The notes: generated by a model not told the origin, from the sequence alone. A DNA stretch of 14,924 nt from Candidatus Geocrenenecus huangii (GCA_023254095.1 JALNLM010000023.1:1-14924); one strand, 5' to 3'. Counted from the stretch's first letter, positions 1 through 8,595 are shown. A program made the numbers and translations.

Positions 1-2
1 TT

Positions 3-935
3 AAGGGTAGAGACTTCATTACTACTAGAGATTTTACGAAGGAGGATCTTGAGTTTCTACTAGATTTATCTTCTCATTTTAAATCAATGTTTTATGGAGG
101 TATGAGGAAAACTCTTAGAGATGTTTTAGAAGGTAGGAATATTGCTTTACTCTTCAAGAAGCCCTCGACTAGAACTAGGAACTCTTTCCAAGTTGCAGCC
201 AGTAGGCTTGGAGCACTTTCAGTATATATGAGACCTGATGAGCTACAGCTTGCTAGAGGCGAACCCATCATTGATACAGCGAATGTTCTAGATAGATATT
301 ATGATGGATTAGTTATCAGAACATTTGAGCAAGCTGAAGTTGAAGAATACGCTAGATACATGAAGAATCCTGTAATCAATGCTTTAACAGACGAGGAGCA
401 TCCATGCCAAGCTATGGCCGACTTACTCACTATAATAGAGAAGAAGAGTAGGCTAGATGGATTAAGAATGGTTTACACCGGAGATGTATGGAATGTATGT
501 CACTCACTTATTACTGTAGCACCTGTATTCGGTATAGATTTGATAATAGCTGTTCCAAGAGGGTATGAGCCTCTACCCGAGATATGGAAGTTTGGTCAAG
601 ATAGAGCTTCGAGAAATGGTACAAGGCTAGAGATCGTTCACGATATCAGAGAAGCCGTGAAGGGAGCAGACATAGTATATGCTAATACTTGGTGGAGCAT
701 GGGTAAGCCTGAGATGGAGAAAGAGAAAAGAAAAATAGACTTCAAACCATTTACGGTAACGGCCGACATCATGAATCTAGCTAAGGAAGACGCAATATTC
801 ATGCATTGTCTACCAGCCTACAGGGGAAACGAGATGACCACAGAGGTAATTGAAGGAAAATGGTCAGTAGTATACGACCAAGCAGAAAACAGATTATGGA
901 CAGAGGCAGCAATATTGGCTGCACTAATCTCATAA
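3..935 (+). CDS. argF: Ornithine carbamoyltransferase-family transcarbamylase, 5'-truncated at the window edge; substrate possibly not ornithine
   Basis: The frame is open from base 3 (KGRDFITTRDFTKEDLEFLLDLS..., a typical OTC N-terminus), so the ATG at 87 is internal. Motifs: STRTR (165-179), HPCQ (399-410), WWSMG (690-704), HCLP (804-815), ENR (885-893). Confidence 0.85.
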   Translation, partial: KGRDFITTRDFTKEDLEFLLDLSSHFKSMFYGGMRKTLRDVLEGRNIALLFKKPSTRTRNSFQVAASRLGALSVYMRPDELQLARGEPIIDTANVLDRYYDGLVIRTFEQAEVEEYARYMKNPVINALTDEEHPCQAMADLLTIIEKKSRLDGLRMVYTGDVWNVCHSLITVAPVFGIDLIIAVPRGYEPLPEIWKFGQDRASRNGTRLEIVHDIREAVKGADIVYANTWWSMGKPEMEKEKRKIDFKPFTVTADIMNLAKEDAIFMHCLPAYRGNEMTTEVIEGKWSVVYDQAENRLWTEAAILAALIS

Positions 936-966
936 ATATAATACTGTACCGGCAATCCACATAGTT

Positions 967-1014
967 CAAAAAGATATATCACCGTAAGATAAAGTAGTTG
1001 TGCTGGTGGAGGTG
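967..1014 (+). promoter_or_regulatory. Putative BRE/TATA-like element and RBS for the aminotransferase
   Basis: CAAAAAGATATATC at 967-980; GGAGGTG at 1008-1014, 5 nt before the ATG at 1020. The RBS is strong and the promoter tentative. Confidence 0.5.
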
Positions 1015-1019
1015 GATAA

Positions 1020-2381
1020 ATGTTTAACTTGGAGTATGAAAAATTCAAGAAGAAGAATAGTACCTCGTGTAGGATATTTGAGGAGAGTAAGCTTTTTACA
1101 CCTTGTGGTGTTCACAGTAATTATAGAGTCCACGACCCGTTTCCAATCTTCGTAAGTAGAGCTAAAGGGTCTAGGATATGGGATGCTGATGGAAACGAGT
1201 ACATAGACTTCAACATGGCCTTCGGGGCCCTCGTAGCAGGTCACTCCCACCCCATAATTGTTGAAGAATTAAAGAAAGCACTAGAAGAAGGTACAATTTT
1301 CGGACATGAATCAAGCGAATCAGTTAAGCTTGCAAAGATACTATGTAATAGGTTCAACCTAGATATGGTTAGATTCAACTCGACTGGCATGGAGGTTACC
1401 ATGTATGCTGTTAGGCTGGCCCGAGCGTACACGGGTAGAAGCAAGATCATGAAGTTTGAAGGATGCTATCATGGAAGCAACGATAATCTACTTGTAAGCG
1501 TTAAACCCCACCTCTCAAAAACTGGACATATTAAGCATCCCATATCTGTGCCTGCCTCGCCGGGACTGTTACCTGAAGTCTCGAAGTACACAGTGGTGGC
1601 TCAATTCAATGATGTGGAATCTGTAGATAAGCTCTTCGGAAAACATGGAGATGAGATAGCTGGAGTGATACTTGAACCAGTAGCGATGAACATGGGCGTG
1701 ATAGAGCCTGACCCAGAATTTCTGAAAACGTTGAGAAAACTATGTGATGAATACAATTCTGTCCTCATATATGATGAGGTGAAAACATGCGGTAAATGGT
1801 TTGGTGGGGCAGAAGAAAAGTATGGTGTAAAGCCTGATTTGAAGACTTTAGGCAAGGCGATAGGGGGAGGAATACCATTATCCGCTATAGGTGGGAGAAG
1901 AGAGATCATGGAGCTTTTTGGGCCGGGTAAGGTCTCTCATGCAGGGACATTTAACGCAAACCCTCTATCAGTCAAAGCAGGAATAACAACGTTAGAGAAG
2001 ATCCTTACTAAAGATGCGTTAAGTAGAGCTGGAAGGTTAGGTGAACAGCTTGCTAACGGATACAGGGATATAGTAACAGACTATAAGATAAAAGCATTGG
2101 TCAGCTCTATAGGCGTAAGCGGAGCAGTACTTTTCACCGACCAAGAACATGTTAGAAACTATCGTGAACTACTCAGATGCGATTTTGGTAAATGGTTTGG
2201 ATACTTCATCTCCATGTTGAATAGGGGAATTATTCCCGCTGCGACAGGACCGGATGAGCAGTGGACCATTTCGGTCCAACACTCTTCAGAAGATGTTGAA
2301 AAGCATATTGAAGCGTTCAAAGAAGTGGCATCAATGATTAAAGATATTAAGCAACCACTGGAAATGGTTGAAGCAGTTTAA
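1020..2381 (+). CDS. Class III PLP-dependent aminotransferase, glutamate-1-semialdehyde aminomutase (HemL)-like
   Basis: WDADGNEYIDF, FEGCYHG, ILEPV, YDEVKT, GKAIGGG (PLP lysine codon at 1854), HAGTFNANP; 453 aa; good RBS. It diverges from canonical HemL motifs, so no symbol is given. Confidence 0.85.
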   Translation: MFNLEYEKFKKKNSTSCRIFEESKLFTPCGVHSNYRVHDPFPIFVSRAKGSRIWDADGNEYIDFNMAFGALVAGHSHPIIVEELKKALEEGTIFGHESSESVKLAKILCNRFNLDMVRFNSTGMEVTMYAVRLARAYTGRSKIMKFEGCYHGSNDNLLVSVKPHLSKTGHIKHPISVPASPGLLPEVSKYTVVAQFNDVESVDKLFGKHGDEIAGVILEPVAMNMGVIEPDPEFLKTLRKLCDEYNSVLIYDEVKTCGKWFGGAEEKYGVKPDLKTLGKAIGGGIPLSAIGGRREIMELFGPGKVSHAGTFNANPLSVKAGITTLEKILTKDALSRAGRLGEQLANGYRDIVTDYKIKALVSSIGVSGAVLFTDQEHVRNYRELLRCDFGKWFGYFISMLNRGIIPAATGPDEQWTISVQHSSEDVEKHIEAFKEVASMIKDIKQPLEMVEAV

Positions 2382-2480
2382 CCCTATCCGAGACGGCTTC
2401 AAAACAGATACGTCTGTAAAGACCCTTTATCCGCATAATAAGGTGCTCAGAGAGTTCGTGGAAGCTAAGCTGAAGATTAA

Positions 2481-2494
2481 AGAAAAATTAATAA
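2481..2494 (+). promoter_or_regulatory. Putative BRE-TATA for the ABC transporter operon
   Basis: AGAAAAATTAATAA, ending about 30 nt upstream of the ATG at 2526. Confidence 0.45.
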
Positions 2495-2525
2495 GTGAAA
2501 GGTAATAACATAATGCACAGAAAAT

Positions 2526-3644
2526 ATGTGGAGAACGTATTATAAAAAGGTTAAGGGTGTTTCCAAGCTTTTACTTATAATAGTAATTGTTGTCATCTTG
2601 ATTGTGAGCGGGATAGCCGCATATACTCTTACCCAGATCCAGACGCCAACAACATCTAGAATTATTTCACCCGGCAAGCTGGTAGTATTTGTCTGGGAAG
2701 ACTTCACAGTTCCAGATGTATTCGATCCCCTCACCAAGAAGTATCCTACACTAACTATCGAAAACAACATATTCACTTCTCAGCCGGAGATGCTTGCAAA
2801 ACTTATGGGGGGATTCAAAGCAGATGTTGTAAGTCCATGCATAGATTTCCTACCTAGACTAATCGAGCAGGATATGCTACAGCCTATCGACTTGGCTCGA
2901 CTCAGCAACTGGAACAACATATTCAAGAGTATCAGAGAGTATCCAGGAATATGGAGAGATGGGAAACTCTACATGGTTCCAACAGCTTTCGGTCTCCAGG
3001 CAGGAGTAACATACAGAAAAGATAAGGTCTCCTCCATAAATAGCTGGGCCGACATATTCAATCCCGCATATAAGAATAGGGTATTGATACTTAACGATGC
3101 GAGAATAGGTATTGTGATGGCTGCGTGGGCTCTAGGCTACGAACATCCATGGAATCTAACAAGCCGAGATCTTCAAAGAATTGCAGAATTCTATAAGGAA
3201 CATAGAGACGTGATCTTAAAGTTTTATGAAAGTGATATAGAGGCCAGAGAGCTGTTAGCCTCTGGGGATGCATGGATTATTGCTGGAAGCGGTCCAGCCC
3301 AATCATATTGGTTGATGTCTGAAGGGATAGAAGCAGAGTTCGTGCTCCCAGAAGGTAAAGGGATAGGCTGGTTATGTGGTTTAAGCATCTTGAAAGCATC
3401 AGAGAACCTTGAAGGAGCACATCTCTACATAGACTACTTCATCTCTGAAGACCCGCAAACATACTATGCTTATGAATGGCTTTACGGTCCAACAAATGAA
3501 AACGTTTTCAGAAAGATTCCAGAAGAGAAGCTTAAGGAGAGTGGGATAGTTGGGCCGGAAACGTTATCCGAGGTCTTGCCACTAATCGATCCGCCAAATC
3601 TGGATGAGTGGCTCCAGGTCTGGGAGAAAATAGTTGCAGGATAA
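2526..3644 (+). CDS. potD: PotD/PotF-family ABC substrate-binding protein with N-terminal membrane anchor
   Basis: Basic N-terminus plus hydrophobic helix; LVVFVWEDF, SINSWADIFNP.YK.RV, PEGKGIGW, A..YIDYF motifs; precedes potABC-like genes. Confidence 0.8.
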   Translation: MWRTYYKKVKGVSKLLLIIVIVVILIVSGIAAYTLTQIQTPTTSRIISPGKLVVFVWEDFTVPDVFDPLTKKYPTLTIENNIFTSQPEMLAKLMGGFKADVVSPCIDFLPRLIEQDMLQPIDLARLSNWNNIFKSIREYPGIWRDGKLYMVPTAFGLQAGVTYRKDKVSSINSWADIFNPAYKNRVLILNDARIGIVMAAWALGYEHPWNLTSRDLQRIAEFYKEHRDVILKFYESDIEARELLASGDAWIIAGSGPAQSYWLMSEGIEAEFVLPEGKGIGWLCGLSILKASENLEGAHLYIDYFISEDPQTYYAYEWLYGPTNENVFRKIPEEKLKESGIVGPETLSEVLPLIDPPNLDEWLQVWEKIVAG

Positions 3645-3651
3645 AGCAGGC

Positions 3652-4713
3652 ATGGTCTTGCTTGAACTAGTAAATATATACAAGTATTACGGGAAGATAA
3701 CCGCTCTAGAAGATATAAATCTAGAAGTTGGGAAGGGTGAACTACTAACAATATTGGGTCCGAGCGGAAGCGGTAAGAGCACTCTACTAAAAATTATAGG
3801 AGGATTCGAGGAGCCCTCGAGAGGAAAGATATACATTAACGGGAAATTAATGAATGGTGTACCACCGTATGCGAGACCTACAAGTATGGTCTTCCAAGAT
3901 CTTGCATTGTTCCCCCATCTAAACGTATTCAACAACATAGCCTACGGATTAAAGATAAAGAAGGCGCCGTCTAATGAGATAAAAAAGAAAGTAAGAGAGG
4001 TGGCTGAGCTACTACATATTGAAGAACTTCTAGATAGAAGGGTAACCCAGTTAAGTGGAGGTCAGCAGCAGAGAGTAGCTCTAGCACGTTCCCTTATACT
4101 CGAGCCTGAAATACTATTGCTTGATGAACCTTTGGGACCCTTAGATGTGAAGCTCAGGAAGGAAATGCAGTTAGAGCTACGTAGAATACAGAAGAGATTA
4201 AACTCTACATGGATATACGTCACTCACGACCATGAAGAAGCAATGGTTATGTCCGATAGAGTGGCTATACTGAATTCTGGTAGGATAATTGATGTAGGGG
4301 TGGTCAAGGAGATATATGAGAAGCCCAAGAATAGATTCATCGCAGAGTTTCTAGGAGAAGTAAATATAATCGAATGCATAGTAGACCATGTAGAAGGTAG
4401 CGCATTCACAGCCTCCAGCGGAGACTTAAGAATAGAAGGATTAACAGCTGGAAAACTAGAGAAAGGTGATAGGGTAAATATCTTGGTAAGACCTGAGAAG
4501 ATCGGAATTACTGTCACTCCGCTAAATGATAGAAAGAACTCCGTGTCAGGGAAAGTGGTAGAGATAATCTATAAAGGAGCCTACAGCGATGTTAAGATAG
4601 AAACTGAGGATTCTAGGGTCTTCATTGCTAGGACTTTTGAGCCTGCCTATCGTGTTGGAGAGAGGGTCTTCCTGAAATGGGATAGGGAAGATGCGGTTGT
4701 GATTAAAGAATGA
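3652..4713 (+). CDS. potA: PotA-like ABC ATP-binding subunit
   Basis: Walker A GPSGSGKS, VFQDLALFPHL, signature LSGGQQQR, Walker B LLLDEP, VTHD, and a TOBE-like C-terminus. The ATG at 3652 is preferred to the TTG at 3634, which overlaps the upstream gene. Confidence 0.9.
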   Translation: MVLLELVNIYKYYGKITALEDINLEVGKGELLTILGPSGSGKSTLLKIIGGFEEPSRGKIYINGKLMNGVPPYARPTSMVFQDLALFPHLNVFNNIAYGLKIKKAPSNEIKKKVREVAELLHIEELLDRRVTQLSGGQQQRVALARSLILEPEILLLDEPLGPLDVKLRKEMQLELRRIQKRLNSTWIYVTHDHEEAMVMSDRVAILNSGRIIDVGVVKEIYEKPKNRFIAEFLGEVNIIECIVDHVEGSAFTASSGDLRIEGLTAGKLEKGDRVNILVRPEKIGITVTPLNDRKNSVSGKVVEIIYKGAYSDVKIETEDSRVFIARTFEPAYRVGERVFLKWDREDAVVIKE

Positions 4714-5579
4714 ATTTAGAGAAGATACGTAGAAAAATATCAATAAATCTTCTATATTCCCTACCAGCGATAATATATCTAACAATCTTCTTTTATATTC
4801 CCCTGATCACAATAATTGTTTATAGTTTCTGGCATGGTGAGCCTCTCTACCGTGTAGTTAGAACCTTCACATTGGAAAATTATGTAAAATTCTATACGGA
4901 AGAATTATCTCAGAATATCTTCATATTAACGAATCTAATATCTATCGCGACATTCCTGGTAATACTGGCGACAGCGTATCCAATAGCGTATTTCCTCGCT
5001 AGGATGGTTAAAGGAGATACAGGTCTGAAAATAATTCTTCTAATACTGATTCCTCTTGAAATGAATTATCTAATCAGGGTATTTGCCTGGAGAAACCTGT
5101 TAGGAGAGAACGGCTTACTGAATAGTCTCCTCATGTTTCTAGGCTTAGTTGAGCAGCCTCTAACAATATTTTTCCACAGTATCCCAGCCATAATCATCGT
5201 GGTGCTACACAATGCATTGCCATACGCTATCATCCCACTCTACATAACTATTAGAAGCATTCCTGAGAGCTTGTATCAGGCAGCCATGGATCTCGGGTCG
5301 AATAGGATTAGTGTATTCTTCAGAGTAACGCTTCCACTTAGTATGCCTGGAGTAGCGATAGCATTCTTATTCATCTATATACCGATGATGGGTGAATTCG
5401 CTATTCCAGCTCTAGTAGGTGGGAAAACATATCTGCTTGGAAATCTAATCGTTAGGCAGTATCTCACTATAGGTAACTGGCCATACGCTTCAGCATCAAC
5501 CATAAGTTTGATATTAACTACTCTGATAGTTATGTTTATTCTTTTCAAGTTCTTAGGGGTTAGGAGGCTTTACGAATGA
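4710..5579 (+). CDS. potB: PotB-like ABC permease
   Basis: Multiple TM segments; AYPIAYFLAR, IRVFAW, EAA-type loop SLYQAAMDLGS...F.RVTLPLS.PG, NWP; ATGA overlap with potA. Confidence 0.88.
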   Translation: MNLEKIRRKISINLLYSLPAIIYLTIFFYIPLITIIVYSFWHGEPLYRVVRTFTLENYVKFYTEELSQNIFILTNLISIATFLVILATAYPIAYFLARMVKGDTGLKIILLILIPLEMNYLIRVFAWRNLLGENGLLNSLLMFLGLVEQPLTIFFHSIPAIIIVVLHNALPYAIIPLYITIRSIPESLYQAAMDLGSNRISVFFRVTLPLSMPGVAIAFLFIYIPMMGEFAIPALVGGKTYLLGNLIVRQYLTIGNWPYASASTISLILTTLIVMFILFKFLGVRRLYE

Positions 5580-6370
5580 GTTTAATCAAGCTTTTCCTTA
5601 AAATATTTACATCAACGGTTATCCTACTACTTATCTACCTACCGATAGCATTAGTCATCCTGTTCTCTTTCAATGATAGCATATACTTCATATTTCCATT
5701 TAAGAATTTCACATTTAAATGGTATGAGAGGCTACTCGAAGACCCCCTATTCTTGAAGAGTATAATCAACTCGATAATTATCGCGTTAGCTGTATCTGCT
5801 GGGTCGCTGTCTATAGGTATTCCAGCATCTTTTGCATTTGTAAGATTGAGGAGGAACACGTTATACGTAGGGTTTATCATGATACCGTTCATCATGCCAT
5901 GGCTTGTAATCGGTGTCTCATCACTGGTATTCTTCCACACTCTTGGGATACCTTTATCTATTCTAACGACTGTCTTAAGCCACATAATCTATAGCATACC
6001 CCTTGTAGTGTTAATCGTGGCGGCTAGACTGATCAGTCTCAACCCAAACTATGAGAAGGCAAGTATGGATTTGGGGGCCAATGAAGTCCAAACATTCACT
6101 TATGTAACTTTTCCATTAATCTATCCTGCGATATCGGTCTCAGCTTTAATAACTTTCCTTTGGTCATTCGATAACTTTATCATAACGTTTTTTACGATAG
6201 GCTCAGAGATCACGTTCCCGATCTGGGTCTGGGGATCCCTAAGGCATCCAACTAATGTCCCAGTTATAACTGCCGCATCATCCATAGTTATATTAGTAGG
6301 CTCTCTAATAGTCTACTTGATGGAGACTTACAGGGTCAAGAAAGGAATAGGAATCTACGCCATAATCTAG
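5576..6370 (+). CDS. potC: PotC-like ABC permease
   Basis: IYLPI..VILFSFN, FTFKWY, EAA loop YEKASMDLGA, SFDNF; ATGA overlap with potB. Confidence 0.88.
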   Translation: MSLIKLFLKIFTSTVILLLIYLPIALVILFSFNDSIYFIFPFKNFTFKWYERLLEDPLFLKSIINSIIIALAVSAGSLSIGIPASFAFVRLRRNTLYVGFIMIPFIMPWLVIGVSSLVFFHTLGIPLSILTTVLSHIIYSIPLVVLIVAARLISLNPNYEKASMDLGANEVQTFTYVTFPLIYPAISVSALITFLWSFDNFIITFFTIGSEITFPIWVWGSLRHPTNVPVITAASSIVILVGSLIVYLMETYRVKKGIGIYAII

Positions 6371-6375
6371 CCTTA

Positions 6376-6431
6376 CCATGGTTGTTCAAGCATCCTCTTC
6401 GGAGAACCTTCAAGGGATGACTTGGTTATGG
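6376..6431. terminator. Imperfect long stem-loop between convergent potC and aor; possible terminator or stability element
   Basis: CCATGG/TTATGG, CAAG/CTTG and CATC/GATG pairings enclose CTC-TTCG-GAG. Confidence 0.35.
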
Positions 6432-6442
6432 AGATACGGGTA

Positions 6443-8260
6443 TCAATATTCAACGTCTATTTCAAGTCTCTTCAATGTTTCCCCTATAGGTCTTCCCTCT
6501 TCATCCCATCCTCTAAGTTTGTAATATTCGGAGAGAGACTCCTTGAACTGATGTAGGTCAACTGTTTTCCCATCTGTTTTTCCACCCTTCAAGGGCTCAT
6601 TGAACATCTTGGGAGGCAGAGTATCGTCTTCCTTCTTGAAGCCTTCTCTAAGATTGAATACTCTAGAGATATTCCAGATTCTCTCGCCGATGATCTTTAA
6701 TTCTTCTACTGTGTAGTCTCTTCCAAGGGCAGGTCTTAGAAGTTTGACCATGTCTTCATAACTCGAAAGCCAGAAATCACATATTATCAGTGACCATTTA
6801 ATGCTATTCAGGTCTTGTAAGTCTTTAACGAGCTGGGCTTTCCCCACAAAGCTGTATGGGTCCATTTCACCGAATGCGTCATATGCTACTGCCCAAGCTC
6901 TGAGATGGCATGCTCCTCTATCTGCTGTAGCGTATGCCAGAGCCATCCCGTACGTCCCCCTAGGATCGTATGCTGGTATCTCAGCCCCCTTCACGTCTAA
7001 TCTCTCTTTCAATGCTTCTCCACGGATCTTTTCAGCGGCTCTTCTTGTCCCCTCAGCGAGCAGATTCCCAAACCCCCTTCTATACGCTATCATCTCGCTC
7101 AACTCGATTAAGAATTCGACATCATTCCAAGAAGGCTTTAATCCGTTAAGATCCTTCTCTGAAATCATTCTCTTCTCATAGAGATGGATCGTGAAACCTA
7201 TTGTAGCTCCGAGAGATATCGTATCCATTCCGAGGTCTGTAGCTACTTCAGCTACTTCCGCAACATCTTTAAGATTTCTCAAACCAGTGTTGGAGCCGAG
7301 CATTGCTAATGTTTCATATTCTGGAGATTTGATCAGTCTAGAGTCGAATTTCAGTATCCTTTTACATGCGAGTGGACAATACGGGCAAGCGTACTTCTTA
7401 GCTGTGGCCTCTTTCACTCTATCCGTGTTGATCTTATCATGGTATTCGAATGATCCTGACATGAAGCCGTATGTTGGTAGAACTCCAGCATTATGTGAAA
7501 TATCAACTATTAATGGTGTACCATCGGTCTGCGCCCATAGATTCTCCGAGGTCTTTACTCTATTCCGTGTTAACTCGACCACGGTCTCCCTGAATTTATC
7601 TGGGTCGTATAGTCTGACATCACCCTTAATGTTCCTAACCACCAGTGCTTTAAGATTCTTAGATCCAAATACTGCTCCAGCCCCCCCTCTCCCATGCACC
7701 CATAATCCGCTATCAACGACGGATGCGAATCTGATGAGGTTCTCTCCAGCTGGACCGATAGCTAGAACACTAGCATTTTCATCTCCTAATTCTTCTTTAA
7801 TACGTCTCGACGTCTCAAGAGTTCCTAAACCCCATAAGTTCTTGGCATCATGAAATTCTACGCCTTTTTCCGTAATCTCAATATAAGTGGGTTTATCAGC
7901 TCTGCCTTCAACTATCAGTAAATCATATCCGGAATACTTCATCCTAACACCGAAGTATGATCCACTATAACTATCACACACGGTATTTGTTAAAGGGGAC
8001 TTGGTAATGATTGGGTATCTTCCAGAGAGGGGGGCGATGGTTCCGGTAAGTGGACCAGTAGAAATGATTATCTTATTATCAGGGCTCAGAGGATCGATCT
8101 TCGGAGAAACTTCTTCAAGTAGATATCTGATGCCTAACCCTCTACCCCCGATATATTTCTCGACGAAGTCTCTTCTCGTCTTCTCGATACTGAAGCCTTT
8201 ACTTGTTAAGTTGATTCTTAGAAGCCTCCCAGTATAACAATACAGTTTTTCATTAGTCAT
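6443..8260 (-). CDS. aor: Tungsten-containing aldehyde:ferredoxin oxidoreductase (AOR family)
   Basis: YTGRLLRINL, YIGGRGLG, KSPLT, IGPAGEN, GRGGAGAVFGSKNLKA, CPYCPLAC (Fe-S), EYET, GMDTIS, RGACHL, C-terminal YYKLRGWD; 605 aa. Confidence 0.93.
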   Translation of the reverse strand: MTNEKLYCYTGRLLRINLTSKGFSIEKTRRDFVEKYIGGRGLGIRYLLEEVSPKIDPLSPDNKIIISTGPLTGTIAPLSGRYPIITKSPLTNTVCDSYSGSYFGVRMKYSGYDLLIVEGRADKPTYIEITEKGVEFHDAKNLWGLGTLETSRRIKEELGDENASVLAIGPAGENLIRFASVVDSGLWVHGRGGAGAVFGSKNLKALVVRNIKGDVRLYDPDKFRETVVELTRNRVKTSENLWAQTDGTPLIVDISHNAGVLPTYGFMSGSFEYHDKINTDRVKEATAKKYACPYCPLACKRILKFDSRLIKSPEYETLAMLGSNTGLRNLKDVAEVAEVATDLGMDTISLGATIGFTIHLYEKRMISEKDLNGLKPSWNDVEFLIELSEMIAYRRGFGNLLAEGTRRAAEKIRGEALKERLDVKGAEIPAYDPRGTYGMALAYATADRGACHLRAWAVAYDAFGEMDPYSFVGKAQLVKDLQDLNSIKWSLIICDFWLSSYEDMVKLLRPALGRDYTVEELKIIGERIWNISRVFNLREGFKKEDDTLPPKMFNEPLKGGKTDGKTVDLHQFKESLSEYYKLRGWDEEGRPIGETLKRLEIDVEY

Positions 8261-8283
8261 AGTATATGTATGGATCTCACAGG

Positions 8284-8297
8284 CTTATATTTTTTCC
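8284..8297 (-). promoter_or_regulatory. BRE-TATA of aor, probably a leaderless transcript
   Basis: Minus-strand GGAAAAAATATAAG ends 24 nt before the ATG at 8260; no SD sequence. Confidence 0.55.
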
Positions 8298-8329
8298 TAA
8301 TACCGCCTCAGCATATTAAGCGCTCCTTA

Positions 8330-8446
8330 TGCGATGATATTATAATCCGCATCGGTATCTCATGTAACTATTAGCAAGCCATGTATTAATAAGACAGGCA
8401 ACTGTGTACAAATGTGAATGTAACTTCGAGTTCCGTTTACATAATC
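8330..8446 (-). pseudogene. Possible decayed alpha/beta-hydrolase 5' fragment
   Basis: One minus frame reads DYVNGTRSYIHICTQLPVLLIHGLLIVT*DTDADYNIIA*, resembling the VNG...PVLLIHG...YRVIA N-terminus of alpha/beta hydrolases. It has no start codon and an internal stop. Confidence 0.3.
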
Positions 8447-8549
8447 TGATCTTTTATCTTCTAGGATGAAGATGATCAGTCTTAACGTTATGATAGGCCA
8501 GCTAAGTAAATCTAGGAGAATCCACTTAACTGTGTCTCTAGCTTTAAGC

Positions 8550-8595
8550 TTTTATAATGGTTGATGAAATAATAATTCGAAGATTGCGTTGAGGT
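8550..8595 (+). promoter_or_regulatory. TATA box and RBS of nusA
   Basis: TTTTATAA at 8550-8557; GAGGT at 8591-8595 before the TTG at 8605. Confidence 0.5.

Noticed and set aside
6371-6445. SECIS-like reading of the hairpin in the aor 3' UTR (GAA bulge on the minus strand; aor ends in TGA)
   Set aside because: aor has no internal TGA and a complete C-terminus, and the loop does not match GAA/A with a GC-rich apical stem.
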